From Zancudomyces culisetae HAW-14-8 (Eukaryota; Fungi; Kickxellomycota): DNA of 64,000 nt. Under the pieces are notes generated by a model, which saw nothing but the letters and a program-made list of their open reading frames with translations, was not told the DNA's origin and ran no database searches. This document shows positions 34,943 to 46,130 of this stretch, piece by piece (the first letter of the stretch is position 1; each line of letters opens with the position of its first letter). The DNA lies in assembly GCA_052426225.1 (NCBI GenBank), contig JBNJNM010000011.1:2356001-2420000 (forward strand), written 5' to 3'. Made by a program: the position numbers and the translations under genes.

Positions 34943-37900
34943 TTAACTAAAAGAGGAGATGACAGACTGGAAATCGTCGGAAAGCAAGATATTCATGGTT
35001 GCAAATATAGAGTTTAGATAAAGTATGTCGGTATGGAATTGTTTGTCAGTAGATAGGGAAGATCTAAATTTGAAAAAGTGGGAGGTTATGGTATTCATGA
35101 TTACCAGAGCAATAAAGTCTAAATATTTCTTGGAACTGTAGGAATGTGAGAAATCCAAGAGATTCAAGTCGATAAAGCCCACATGGTCAGATTCGGGATA
35201 TGTATGAAGAGTATGAATGATGGGGAAAGCCAACATATGTTTTGCAAGAATTTCCGAAGTATAGTAGTAATGGTAATTCCCATCATTATCGTTTCTGCTG
35301 TAATAGGTGTTGTTGTCAAGCTCTGATTTTTCAGAACTGTTCTTCGTTACAGAAACGAAAAAATCGGAAAAGAAGGGAAACGATTTAGTTTGGAAATTAT
35401 AAAGCTCGGAGGAGCGAACAGCACCACCACCACAAACCTTGGTGGATTCAAGATGCTCAAGAGTCTGGGGAAGAGTCAGTAAATGCTCGCCAATACCGCG
35501 AACGGCAGCTGAAGGTGACAGACTGAACTGGCTAACAACATTTGAAATATTGACAATTGAAGTCATTCGACCATTGTTGTTTTGGTTTGTACTTTTGTTC
35601 TTATCATCAGTATTATAAGACGAAAACATCAGAGCCAAACTATCATTGATCTGCGAGGAAAATAACAAACTTGTCAATAACTCTTGACATGTAGACATCG
35701 TAGATAAATTCAAGCCTGAAGTTGAATCTGGTTTGGATGTTGAGCCATTCCTAATAGATAACAGCGAAAACAAATAAGAGGATGAAGACGTGTGGTCAAG
35801 CGTGTTGCTTGACTCCACAAGTAGAGATAATATCGTGCCAACAACAAGCGCCGCAAGCTCGATATCACTACCACTGTTTTTGTTTCCAACCAGTTTTTCG
35901 AGACTAAACTGGTCAATTCTAATGTTATTAATCAAGTAGTCCAAATCAAATCCCAACCCCAAATCCAAATCGGTCCCTATATTCAAGTTTGCACTTGCTT
36001 CGCCATTACTGCTGTCATTGGCTGGAGCTAATAAAAGCTTGTTTAAAAGTTTGAGTTGCATTTCGTACAAAAACCTGTTGTCAATGTTATTCGAACCAAA
36101 GATATTTGACTTGTAATACAGAGTATGGTATTTCACGTCCATTTCTCTAAACAGCTTTGGTTCCAATAATACTCTTCGCATTCCATTTTCAGTATTATCG
36201 TTTGCACCACTTTCTTGTTCAATTTTAATTTCGTACACATGTTGTATATTGATAACTAGTGTATTTATCAACGCTTGGATATAGGTTTCAACGCTGTGCT
36301 GGAACAGTTTGATCTGAATATGCATCAAAGTTAAAACGATATCCATCAACACCCACCAATATTCAGATTCAAAAAGCACCGCAAGCTTAGGCGACTCGCC
36401 ATAGACATGGCTATGATCTGAATTCGAGATTATCTGCTCCGTAATATCACCGCCATTGTTAACCATGGTGCTCTTAAGTAACTGTGGGATTTTGGTTCTC
36501 TCAGCAACTTCATTCACATATATCTTCAGCTCCTCTTGAATAAATGACTCAATGCTGTGCGATATCCGACTGACAAATCCAATTTCATTCATTCCCAAAC
36601 TCATCCTTTTTATACGAGCTTTTGACTCTTCCACCTTTGACAGTATTCCTGCAATCGCTTCGTGTTCCAGTACACTTGTCACTTGCTGAAATGTTTTCTT
36701 ACTCTCTAAGAGCATAGTTGCCTCTTGGATTTGACCTTCATGTGTACCCTTGCTCCTTTTACCAAATTGTCCAGTACTGTCGCTGCCCTTTTCGTTCTTA
36801 TGACCACCATTAGATCCTACTGCTGAGATTTGTTGTCTGGCTTTGCGAATACTCTCTCTAAACTTGTTCTTCTCTGCAATTAATATTCGCTCCTCATAAT
36901 ATATATGTTTATTTTGAATAGGCAAAAACACCCCAAGAATGTTCTCGCAGACACTCTTTGCCAGCTTCGCATCGTATGGTAGCTGCATCCCATTCTTATT
37001 CCTAGAACTTCCTGTGTTCATGTTGGCAAGTATATCCATTCTTTCGCTCATCTTGTCGCTAAACTGTACACATCCTTCGTAAAATTTAATAACTGCTCCA
37101 ATGTATTCTAATAAACTCATGTCGCTTTCAACAGTTTGTAATTCCTCTGTTTCTTCTATATCCCTTTTTATATCTTCTCCAACCCTCTTTGTTACCTTGT
37201 CAAAAATCTCTCCCACTACATTTAGCTCGTGCTCCATCTGAAATCTTAGCATTCCACAGCTTTCCACTTCCTCTTCTATAATTCGAGCCAAATACTCAAG
37301 ATATTCTACGGTAGCTACTCTATTTCTATCTACTTTTTGTGCTGCTCCTTCGAATCTATTTTCCCCACTACCACTTGCACCACTGTATGCAGTTTCCCAT
37401 TTTTTAATCAACTCCTCATATTTGATATGAATATATTGAGTCTTTGCCTTTCCTGGTTCATCTGATCGTTCCAAAATCCTTATCCATCTCCTTCCCTCTG
37501 TATAATCCTTGGCAGTAATCGCTACCCTTAATCGCACCATACTTTCCTTCATCATTTCCTCTTTGAGTTCTTCAAGTTTCTCCAGCTGTCCATACCATAT
37601 ATCTACCTGCTTTCCCCTTACACTATCAACTTTCCCTGTTGTTTCTGACATATTCTCAGTAAATCTGGGAACCAATTCCTCCGAACGGTTTCTAGTGTTC
37701 CCAACCTCACTCGTTTTGTCATATTTTTCAGATTGGACATCCGCTGCCACCAGTTGTCTAAACATTTTGGCAGTTGAAAATAGCTTCTCCAGTGCCTCGT
37801 CAACCTTTCCTTCATCTTTTAGCTTTTCTATTACTATAGGCGTTTTCAAAAGCTCCATACTCGTCTTTATTGTCCGCACACTCTCTTTAACTCGTCTATG

Positions 37901-38419
37901 CACTAACTGAATCTTTCCCAATTCGAAAATAACATTGTTTGTTGTGTCATTTTTACTTTTTTCTACCACCTCTCTCGTATTTTCTCTCTCATTCCCACTA
38001 GATATACTAGTACCCATCCCCTCGCCTTTCATCTGTTCAGTATCTCCATCCACAACTCCTGCTTTAACCAATGCAGGTTCTAGCCCAAGCAGAGAAAGTT
38101 GTGTTTCTCCCACTTTATCCTTAATTTCTTCAACATCTTTGCTCAACATTGCCATAGTTCGTTCCAATCTGAACCTAAATCTATCCGTGTTGCTCTGTGC
38201 CTCCGTATTTAAAAAATTGATTTTGCTCAACAGCCGCTCTAATTCTTCGTTCACAAGGACTTCTTGATTTCTGTTGCTGGTTCCATCTTTTACCCCTTTA
38301 TTCACCGACGCTTGCACTTTAGTTTGTTGTTCATTGTTTATGTATGTTTGCAAAACATTGTTCAACCAGGCCTTTTCGTCAAAGGTCTCGCTGTCAAAGT
38401 TGTCGATTTCTATCTCCAT
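34943..38419 (-). CDS. COG7: Conserved oligomeric Golgi complex subunit 7 (COG7)-like, 1158 aa
   Basis: N-term FDSETFDEKAWLNNVL (COG7 F..DDFD.K.WIN); C-term FSLSPSAAVRGIGEHLLTLPQTLE and QFHTDILYLNSIF match recalled COG7 motifs; many low-complexity insertions. Confidence 0.75.
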   Translation of the reverse strand: MEIEIDNFDSETFDEKAWLNNVLQTYINNEQQTKVQASVNKGVKDGTSNRNQEVLVNEELERLLSKINFLNTEAQSNTDRFRFRLERTMAMLSKDVEEIKDKVGETQLSLLGLEPALVKAGVVDGDTEQMKGEGMGTSISSGNERENTREVVEKSKNDTTNNVIFELGKIQLVHRRVKESVRTIKTSMELLKTPIVIEKLKDEGKVDEALEKLFSTAKMFRQLVAADVQSEKYDKTSEVGNTRNRSEELVPRFTENMSETTGKVDSVRGKQVDIWYGQLEKLEELKEEMMKESMVRLRVAITAKDYTEGRRWIRILERSDEPGKAKTQYIHIKYEELIKKWETAYSGASGSGENRFEGAAQKVDRNRVATVEYLEYLARIIEEEVESCGMLRFQMEHELNVVGEIFDKVTKRVGEDIKRDIEETEELQTVESDMSLLEYIGAVIKFYEGCVQFSDKMSERMDILANMNTGSSRNKNGMQLPYDAKLAKSVCENILGVFLPIQNKHIYYEERILIAEKNKFRESIRKARQQISAVGSNGGHKNEKGSDSTGQFGKRSKGTHEGQIQEATMLLESKKTFQQVTSVLEHEAIAGILSKVEESKARIKRMSLGMNEIGFVSRISHSIESFIQEELKIYVNEVAERTKIPQLLKSTMVNNGGDITEQIISNSDHSHVYGESPKLAVLFESEYWWVLMDIVLTLMHIQIKLFQHSVETYIQALINTLVINIQHVYEIKIEQESGANDNTENGMRRVLLEPKLFREMDVKYHTLYYKSNIFGSNNIDNRFLYEMQLKLLNKLLLAPANDSSNGEASANLNIGTDLDLGLGFDLDYLINNIRIDQFSLEKLVGNKNSGSDIELAALVVGTILSLLVESSNTLDHTSSSSYLFSLLSIRNGSTSKPDSTSGLNLSTMSTCQELLTSLLFSSQINDSLALMFSSYNTDDKNKSTNQNNNGRMTSIVNISNVVSQFSLSPSAAVRGIGEHLLTLPQTLEHLESTKVCGGGAVRSSELYNFQTKSFPFFSDFFVSVTKNSSEKSELDNNTYYSRNDNDGNYHYYYTSEILAKHMLAFPIIHTLHTYPESDHVGFIDLNLLDFSHSYSSKKYLDFIALVIMNTITSHFFKFRSSLSTDKQFHTDILYLNSIFATMNILLSDDFQSVISSFS

Positions 38420-39058
38420 TCTCCAAACTTTCTAAAAAAAAAATAAACTAAAAAAATAAAACAAGAACAGAAACACAAATGTACAATTAAGACTGGATGG
38501 AGCAAATATAGTTTCAATTGAACTACAAAAAAAATAAACACTGATTCAAGGAACTGTTATAGAAAATTAACAAAATAAATATAACGTGGGCTTTAGTAGT
38601 AATAATCAAGTAATTAACAACGATATTTTGTGGCTTCGCTTATTGGATAGGATACTTATTTGGCTTTTGAAGGAATATATCGGCATTTAAATTATTCTTC
38701 AACCATCCAAGTTCTTACCTGCAAACAGAGTAAATAACAAGCAAATATACCTTTTTTATTTTTATTTTTATTTTTTGGTTTTATGAAATGATTATCTTAC
38801 AAGACAGCCTCAGTGTTGAAATCCACGGGGTGAATAATTTATATAGATAGTTCTTACTAATTGTGATAATTTCGGCCCAACACATGCTGTAGTTACTTTC
38901 AAAGACATGATATAAGATTTATTAGAAAATAATATGTAACATTCGATGCTAAAAAATAAAAAAACAGAACAGACTTTGCTACTATATACAACTTACCAAG
39001 TGTACCACAAAAGTAAAATTTTGTTTAAATAATCCATATACCCTGGTTCGTTAAACGG

Positions 39059-42000
39059 TTAATCTCTACTACTCAAACTTTGACAAAAATCGACCAAATC
39101 GCGATCATTCATCTTGTTAGCAACACTCGTTATTGATTGAATATGCTCACTTGTATCAGCACCATTCTTTACCAACAGTTTGATTATCTCCAAATTTTTA
39201 TGTTCGATTGCCTCCTTCAATCCATAATTCTGGTTTAGTACCAAACTAGGGTCTTTTTCAAATAAAAGTTTCAACATTTCCATATTCTTATTCTCGCAAG
39301 CCTGTATCACTCCACTTTCGCTTCCTTCCCTTATTTTTGCTCCCTTTTCAAATAATAGTTTTACCATTTCTATATTGTTACACTTGTATGCTTGGAGAAT
39401 ATAATTATATTTGCTATCCTTCAAAGAGAAAGTGTCTTTTAAAAGCAATTTAGCTGCGTCTATCTTGTTTTTTTCAACAGAAGCTTGGAGTAAGTATGAA
39501 TCACTACCAATCTCAGGACAACAAGTCAACATCAACTGCAAGGTTTTGTTGTCATCTAGATTAACATCCATTAAATAGTCTGAATTCCGGTGTATTTTTG
39601 CACCATGTCGAAGTAATAACCCAATAATCTCAACATTTTTTGCTTCAAGTGCTACACCTACAATATCCGAGTTGTCCTTAACACTTAGCCCATTTTCCAA
39701 AAGCAACTCCACCATCTCAGTGTTTCCAAATTTTACTGCAAAGTTGATCAACTTAAAACAATTATCAAGATCGATCTTATACTTTAGTAGCAACCTCAAG
39801 ATTTCAATATTGATTACTGCAACTGCCGCTTTTATTCCATTCAATAAATCGATATTCTGAATATGCTCACCATATCCAAGTAAAGTTTTAGTAATACTGT
39901 ACTCTTTGAAACGATCAGTGTTTTCATTATCAAAATGAGAAAAGTCTAGTGATTCTCCTTCATTTGTGTCTGTTTTGTCTTTTTTCTCTAACACTCCCAA
40001 ACTATCATAATACTCAAGAATCGTCTTTACTAATCCAATATTTTCAGTCATGCATGCATGTTCTAATTGATGATGGCGAACACCATCTATCACAGCATTA
40101 TTATCCAAGAGATATTTTAATGTCCTCTTGAGACCTAGTCTACATGCAATCCTAACTCCATTCCGAGTTGGGTCACTTAAATCAACTCCATTTTCTACCA
40201 AAAGTTTAACCATATCAAAGTTGCCCAGTAAACATGCCATATTGATACACTCATATTCTGGATCTTTGGGCACCACACCTCCATTCTTTATCCAGTATTT
40301 CAATACATCAACCTTATCTGATTTACAAGCCTCTTCAAACCCATCTGATCTTTCTTTTAGCTTTGCACCTTTACTGATAAAGTAATCTATCCAGTCAATA
40401 TCACCTGCTTTGTATGCTGTTTTCAAAATTAGACTGTCATGCGAATTAACATCCAGTCCATATTCTATCAATAATTTCAACATTCCAAAGTTTCGATTCA
40501 CCAGTTCTAATTTTGCTAGCTCGTAATGTCTATCATTCAAAATTTCTATATTGTTTTCGTTTCTCAACCCGTTAGTTTCGTCATTTTCAGTACCATCAAA
40601 TGTACTTTGTAATCTATTTTCAATGACATATCCAATAATTTCAACTAGCTTATCATATAAAATTCTATCAATTTCGTTGGATTCATAAGATCTTGGAAGA
40701 TCATCAAAGTATAACTCGAGTGCGTTGGCTATGTCTTTTTTTTTTGAGCTCATAAATACCATTACTCCCTCGTATAAATACAGGTTTTCACAAAACTCAT
40801 CAAAATCAAGAATATAATCGTTTTCTTCATATTCAAAATCTTCATAATCGCCATAATAATAATAATAATCATATCCATAAGAATCATATGATTGACACGC
40901 ATCATAAAACCGTAGAACTTCGATAAGACACAGCATAATTTTGTTAAATTCCAGTCTCGTTTCAACCTTAGCCTGGCTTTCTGGAATTTTGGATTTGACT
41001 TTATCTTTATCAGAAAATTCTAATAGTCGTTTTGCTATTTTACAATTTTTGATACTACACAACCCTTTAGTATCATTTTCATCTACTAGTTCAACCGGAG
41101 TACCGTTTTCCAACAATAACTGTAACATATTTATATCTTTAATATTGATCGCTATTTTTATTCCCTCAAATTCATTTGATTTTAAATCTATCCCAGATTC
41201 TATAAGTTGTTTGATAATTCTCACATGACCATTGATCATTGCTTCCTCTAAACAAGAAATACTCGCAGCATTAGGATATTTAGTGATAATATCTTTTACT
41301 AGCTCGTAGTCTTTCTTTTTTATAGCTGTTTTCAACGCATTTTCATCTAAATCTCCCTTCAGTTTATCACTATTGTTCAGAAGGGATCTAATGATATCGA
41401 GATTATCATATAAACACGCTATTGATGTCACCTTTCCAATATTTTCTGAGTTTGATTCCACTTTGAAAAAATACTCCTTCACCAAGCTCTCGTTTCTATT
41501 GTATATAGCTGCATCAAACAATATTTGTTGGTATTTGGTATCAGGGTAGTTATCCTCAAGGTATTTTATCAATTCCTTCTTATTCTGATCAATTGAATGG
41601 TATGAGCATGTAATATAAGTCAACAGCTCCATTTTGGTTTTGTATCCATATTTCTTAATAAAATAAGTTGGTATGATTGATTCCAAAATATCACTACAAC
41701 TGATATATGATTTCAATTCCTGAAATGAAAAGTTTATGTTGATATTTAAATCTAAAATACGTTTCATCGATTCAAGACTGTTCAAGTTACAGCATCTCTT
41801 CACAATACTGAGCATATAACATCTAATAGCCTTACTATCAATAAACTTAACATCAGTTACAACGGATCCTGTAAATTCTGTAGGAATCTCAATTTTACTA
41901 TCCCAACTATCTATTAACGCTTCAACATCTTCTTTCTCAAATTCTCTATTTATTTTGATTAATAATTTTTGCAGACTCGAGTGTGTAGTTATTACTGGTC

Positions 42001-42520
42001 TGGCATAAAGATTCTCAGATATGTTGATGTTAGTAAAATCTCTTTGAAATTCGTTCTCTTCTGAAAACATGTTTCCAATATCAATATCTAGATACTCACC
42101 CTCATTCATAAATAAAATATCCTTATATACAACAGTTGAAGTATTCCTATCAATGGCTACATACATTCTGAGTAATTTATTTAGCACATTCTTCCACTTG
42201 TACTTGATTGCCATCTCTAGAGCGATTTCATAGTCTATTTTTTTGATTTTTCTAAATACCAGTATTCCAATGGTTTCATTCATATTAATTCTGGTATAAT
42301 TCTCGAGTACTGTACTTATATTATACTCCAGACTAGTTTCCGTGTTAGATAAAGTGTATTTAACAATGTACTTGCTAATGGTGTCAACCTGTTGTGAGGC
42401 GTAATGCATATTTTTGTTCAAAAGTGATAGTTGAGGATTCTGAGCAAGTACAAATGCTTTTGACAGGATACTAACCGGAAGTTTGTTGAAAAGGCTGTTA
42501 CTGTTGTTTTCGGAGTTCAT
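39059..42520 (-). CDS. Large multi-ankyrin-repeat protein with N-terminal F-box-like motif, 1153 aa
   Basis: N-term LFNKLPVSILSKAFVLAQNPQLSLLNKNMHY; many ankyrin-type repeats (ACLLGNFDMVKLLVENGVDL, AVKFGNTEMVELLLENG, AIEHKNLEIIKLLVKNGAD); intronless. Confidence 0.92.
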   Translation of the reverse strand: MNSENNSNSLFNKLPVSILSKAFVLAQNPQLSLLNKNMHYASQQVDTISKYIVKYTLSNTETSLEYNISTVLENYTRINMNETIGILVFRKIKKIDYEIALEMAIKYKWKNVLNKLLRMYVAIDRNTSTVVYKDILFMNEGEYLDIDIGNMFSEENEFQRDFTNINISENLYARPVITTHSSLQKLLIKINREFEKEDVEALIDSWDSKIEIPTEFTGSVVTDVKFIDSKAIRCYMLSIVKRCCNLNSLESMKRILDLNININFSFQELKSYISCSDILESIIPTYFIKKYGYKTKMELLTYITCSYHSIDQNKKELIKYLEDNYPDTKYQQILFDAAIYNRNESLVKEYFFKVESNSENIGKVTSIACLYDNLDIIRSLLNNSDKLKGDLDENALKTAIKKKDYELVKDIITKYPNAASISCLEEAMINGHVRIIKQLIESGIDLKSNEFEGIKIAINIKDINMLQLLLENGTPVELVDENDTKGLCSIKNCKIAKRLLEFSDKDKVKSKIPESQAKVETRLEFNKIMLCLIEVLRFYDACQSYDSYGYDYYYYYGDYEDFEYEENDYILDFDEFCENLYLYEGVMVFMSSKKKDIANALELYFDDLPRSYESNEIDRILYDKLVEIIGYVIENRLQSTFDGTENDETNGLRNENNIEILNDRHYELAKLELVNRNFGMLKLLIEYGLDVNSHDSLILKTAYKAGDIDWIDYFISKGAKLKERSDGFEEACKSDKVDVLKYWIKNGGVVPKDPEYECINMACLLGNFDMVKLLVENGVDLSDPTRNGVRIACRLGLKRTLKYLLDNNAVIDGVRHHQLEHACMTENIGLVKTILEYYDSLGVLEKKDKTDTNEGESLDFSHFDNENTDRFKEYSITKTLLGYGEHIQNIDLLNGIKAAVAVINIEILRLLLKYKIDLDNCFKLINFAVKFGNTEMVELLLENGLSVKDNSDIVGVALEAKNVEIIGLLLRHGAKIHRNSDYLMDVNLDDNKTLQLMLTCCPEIGSDSYLLQASVEKNKIDAAKLLLKDTFSLKDSKYNYILQAYKCNNIEMVKLLFEKGAKIREGSESGVIQACENKNMEMLKLLFEKDPSLVLNQNYGLKEAIEHKNLEIIKLLVKNGADTSEHIQSITSVANKMNDRDLVDFCQSLSSRD

Positions 42521-44280
42521 TGTGCCTTAAGTTGAATTATTCTTATTCCTTTCCTTGAAGCTTAATTAGTTTTCTAGTAGATTCAAATACGTGTTAAAGG
42601 TGAATTTTCCCGATTAACTGAAATAGTGTTGCTTTTATACTATTTTTTCACATTAGACACATTGGTTTAAATGGTTGTTTGCTGCGTAATTTAATAAAAT
42701 CAACAAAAGATGTCTAATTATTGGATATCGTTCACGGCTAATACATCAAGCCAGAAAGCTGGATTAATTTCAGTCCAGTAATTTATGCTTTTTTGTGGAT
42801 TTCAAGATGGATTTTTAATGGATCAAAAACCACATTAAATGGGCAAAAAGTTGTTCCAGTCCATCATCTTTCACCAAGCACAAATAGGTTATTTCGTCTC
42901 TGTCGTTTTTGTTGAGTTGTTTATTGAATGGTTCAGGTTAGAGTTATATGTCTGGGTTGGAAAAATACATAAAATTTGAGCTTAGGTATGTATAGTAAAT
43001 TCGTGGTTTGAATGTGTTTGGCTGTGGTGCTATATTTCAAGTGATCAACAATCATTCAATCAGTTTAAAGAAATTATCAAAGTAACCAAATAAATTGCAG
43101 TTTTACTTCCTAATGATATTCCTACAGAATACATAAACTTTGAGTTATAAAGTTTATTAGCTTAATGAATACAACCCAGATTAAAAAGACACTAAAAAAA
43201 TGTTAAATAGTTAATAAACAATAATCCTGCCAATGTGTTGACTGAAATTTTTATAATTAACTCAGCCTCAGAGTCCCTTCAGTTGAAAGGGATATTAATA
43301 CACCTAGGACCAACAAATCACTATCTATTTTCTTATCTAGAGATATTCTAGAATAAAGAGACAACCTTACTTTTCCTCTATATGTGTATTCTTTTATTAA
43401 AGAATACCTATTTTTAGGAAAGAGAGAACGAGCCAGAATGTCTCGTACTGGAAAAATATATATGAAATAATCTTACAAAATATCTGGTGTAAGCTCTAGA
43501 GACTGTGGTTGTTTATGAATCACCAAACATATTATAGTGGAGTCCGATAAGTTGAAATTGCTAAAATTTTTGATCGAATCGGCACAGAATTGAAAAAAAA
43601 AGCTAGCTGAACCCATTAATCTAGCATAAGGGTAGGGTGAACATAGATTTGTACAGCTACTGATGAGAGTCACTATGCTTGCAAACCTCTCCTCCAACAT
43701 AGAGTAACCAAGACAGTCTAGATTGTACCCAAATATTTATACAGCTGTTATTTGTTAATTATATTTATAGTCCAAAATTATTATAATTTACTAAAAACGC
43801 TCTTGGTGATGTTGTTTGTAAAACCAGGTTTGAGTGAGAGATATACAAATCTAGAGATTAAATGACAATATATTATCCAACGCGAGTTTATCGATTTTAG
43901 TATTTTTCGTTATTATCATTTGACAGACTATTGTTGAGATCTTTTATTCTTAATGAATCAAAATCGTCACAATTTAACACTAACATATTTCAAAACATAT
44001 TAGTTATAGTACTTATTTATTTATTTCTGGAGAATAGAATAACCCTAAAACTATAATACTACACAGGTTATGGTAAAATGCAAGAGTATGCTAATAAATA
44101 ATAAACAAAAAAACATCAAGATCTCAGAGTAAAATGGTCTTGGTTTTATTACTAACTGTCTGTTCTTCTCACCAGTTACAAAAAAGTATGAGTCTGTTAA
44201 TGATATCAAATTAAAAGTAGTGATTATCCCAACTACAAATATGTACTGTGGGACATACAGTACGACTACTCCACTACTTC

Positions 44281-44676
44281 TTAACATTTACATCCAGATT
44301 CACAGTGGCATTGTTCGCCTTTATCCCCCTTGCATTCACAAGTTGCTTGTTCACATTTACATGGTCCTCCACATGTACAACCTTTACCATCTCTGCACTG
44401 GCATATACTTTTTCCTTCGCACTTGCACTCATTCTCCCTGCAGATACACTTTTTACCTACTGAACACCTACAACAGGTACTGGCTTTCTTATTTTCAGCA
44501 CAGTTGCACTTTTCAGATTCACAACAGCATTTTCCTTCAGAGGTGGCTGAACAACCTTGTCCCTTCTTGCAGCAGCATTCACAATTTCCAGCCTCGCATG
44601 AACACCGATCTCCGGGCGTATCTCTGCACTCTCCAATATCTTTGTTGTAGCAGGCCTTCTTGTCGCATGAACTCAT
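44281..44676 (-). CDS. Long metallothionein-like Cys-rich protein, 131 aa (34 Cys)
   Basis: From ATG at 44676 (MSSCDKKAC...): CxC, CC and CCC motifs throughout, only one aromatic residue, Lys/Glu/Gly-rich, no signal peptide. Confidence 0.85.
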   Translation of the reverse strand: MSSCDKKACYNKDIGECRDTPGDRCSCEAGNCECCCKKGQGCSATSEGKCCCESEKCNCAENKKASTCCRCSVGKKCICRENECKCEGKSICQCRDGKGCTCGGPCKCEQATCECKGDKGEQCHCESGCKC

Positions 44677-44816
44677 CTTTGATTTATTTATTTTGGCTTG
44701 TATTGGTTTATCAGTCAACCTTATTGGTATTATTGCTTTCGTTTTGTATTTAGTATGGAATACTAGGTGGTTTTATGATTGATATTTTCTTGTCTTTTTT
44801 GAGAAAAGTCGTGGAC

Positions 44817-44824
44817 TATTTATA
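44817..44824 (-). promoter_or_regulatory. Putative TATA box (TATAAATA) of the metallothionein gene
   Basis: Reverse complement of TATTTATA, ~140 nt upstream of the ATG. Confidence 0.45.
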
Positions 44825-45303
44825 CTTTTTTCTTGAGTTCTGGTTTTCTTTGTACATACTCAAGGCTTGGATTGTATTTTTATAAAAACAGGAACTTATA
44901 CACTTGAAAATTGCATTACACATCCGAGTTATTTTTGCCTATACTCAAGAATATATGATTTTAAATCATTTAGATACACTTCTCTTTTTTTGTTATATTC
45001 GTTAAAATTGCATTTACAAAACCCATCCTGCTGCCCAATAGCAAAAATGGATCTCTAATAATTTAATTGATTTTTTTCTAGCTTCTTTGTGATTCTGTCA
45101 CAAGGTTTACCACTGCCATTTCTCCTCTCTCTATCTCTTATTTTCTAGTTGCGCTGATTCTGCTATTCGCTGCTTTTTAGAAAACATCACCAGCTTTTTG
45201 ACCAAAACATTTTTATGTCATTCGAAGTTTTATAAAATAACTCTGCTTTTTTCCACATATACAACCACACTAAATCTAGGCATTAATATCTCATTCAACT
45301 ATC

Positions 45304-46130
45304 TTTTTTTTTTTGATAAATCAGCCTATTAAATAAATATCTACCTAACCAATTCACATTCGTCCCTCTAGGGACTTCATACTCACCAGGCGTTAGTTCA
45401 AGTAGGTTGTTTCTATTTTGAGTCGGTCTAAGATTTGCATCCTCGTTCGACATATTCCGTCCAAAAATTGTGCCGTTACCAGCTCAACCAAAGATGGTGC
45501 TTCGGTTTCTCTCTTCTTAACGGAGAGAGTAACCATTCTTTTTGACTCCCCTCCAAGGAGTCGCCCTAAAAAAAAAAATCTCGCCATCCTTCACTACTAC
45601 CTCTCTCCTCACTTCCTATAATTGTCATATCTGGGATACGTTCCAGAGTTTTATACCTAACTCCAGCCCAGTATTTACAGTCCAGTAACATGTGTTCAAT
45701 GGTTTCTGCACTGTTTTTTTTTACAAAATGGGCACCTATTGTTGAACTTTTCATCTACTGTCCCCAACTTTGCCAGCCTTTCTGCTGTTCAGAACCTACC
45801 TGTTCTTATTGTCCCTATCGCCATAAGCCCTTTCTTATGCTCAGGGTATATAAGCTGTAGGCAAATCCAATTACTCATTTCCTCGAGATTCCTGTCTAAC
45901 AACCATCTCGAGATCTTGTATTCGTCATTTAGAGTGTATCGTTCTAGTACTACGCTCCTTGTCATTTTATTCTCGTCAGATTCAACAGATCTCTTCATCT
46001 GCCTTTATGTTCTCGTAACCCAGGTGTTGGGTCTGCCCGACTTCCGTGGTACGAAGGATATAGCTATTCGTATATCCAAAATTACTAGAGAATTGTTTAC
46101 CACGTGACATCGGTATTGCTTCTGTTTGGC
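45304..46130 (-). mobile_element. 5'-truncated, decayed non-LTR retrotransposon (LINE, L1-like) 3' end
   Basis: Interrupted frame ...RPNTWVTRT*RQMKR...LMAIGTIRTGRF*TAERLAK...RCPFCK-(fs)-ETIEHMLLDCKYW...VR is the C-terminal CCHC zinc knuckle of LINE ORF2. Short 3' UTR and A11 tract (45304-45314). Confidence 0.8.

Noticed and set aside
39059-42520. Endogenous giant-virus origin for the ankyrin genes
   Set aside because: No viral hallmark genes (capsid, packaging ATPase, polymerase) in the window; ankyrin similarity alone is insufficient.
44220-44753. His/Gln-rich plus-strand ORFs
   Set aside because: Antisense shadows of the Cys-codon-rich metallothionein.
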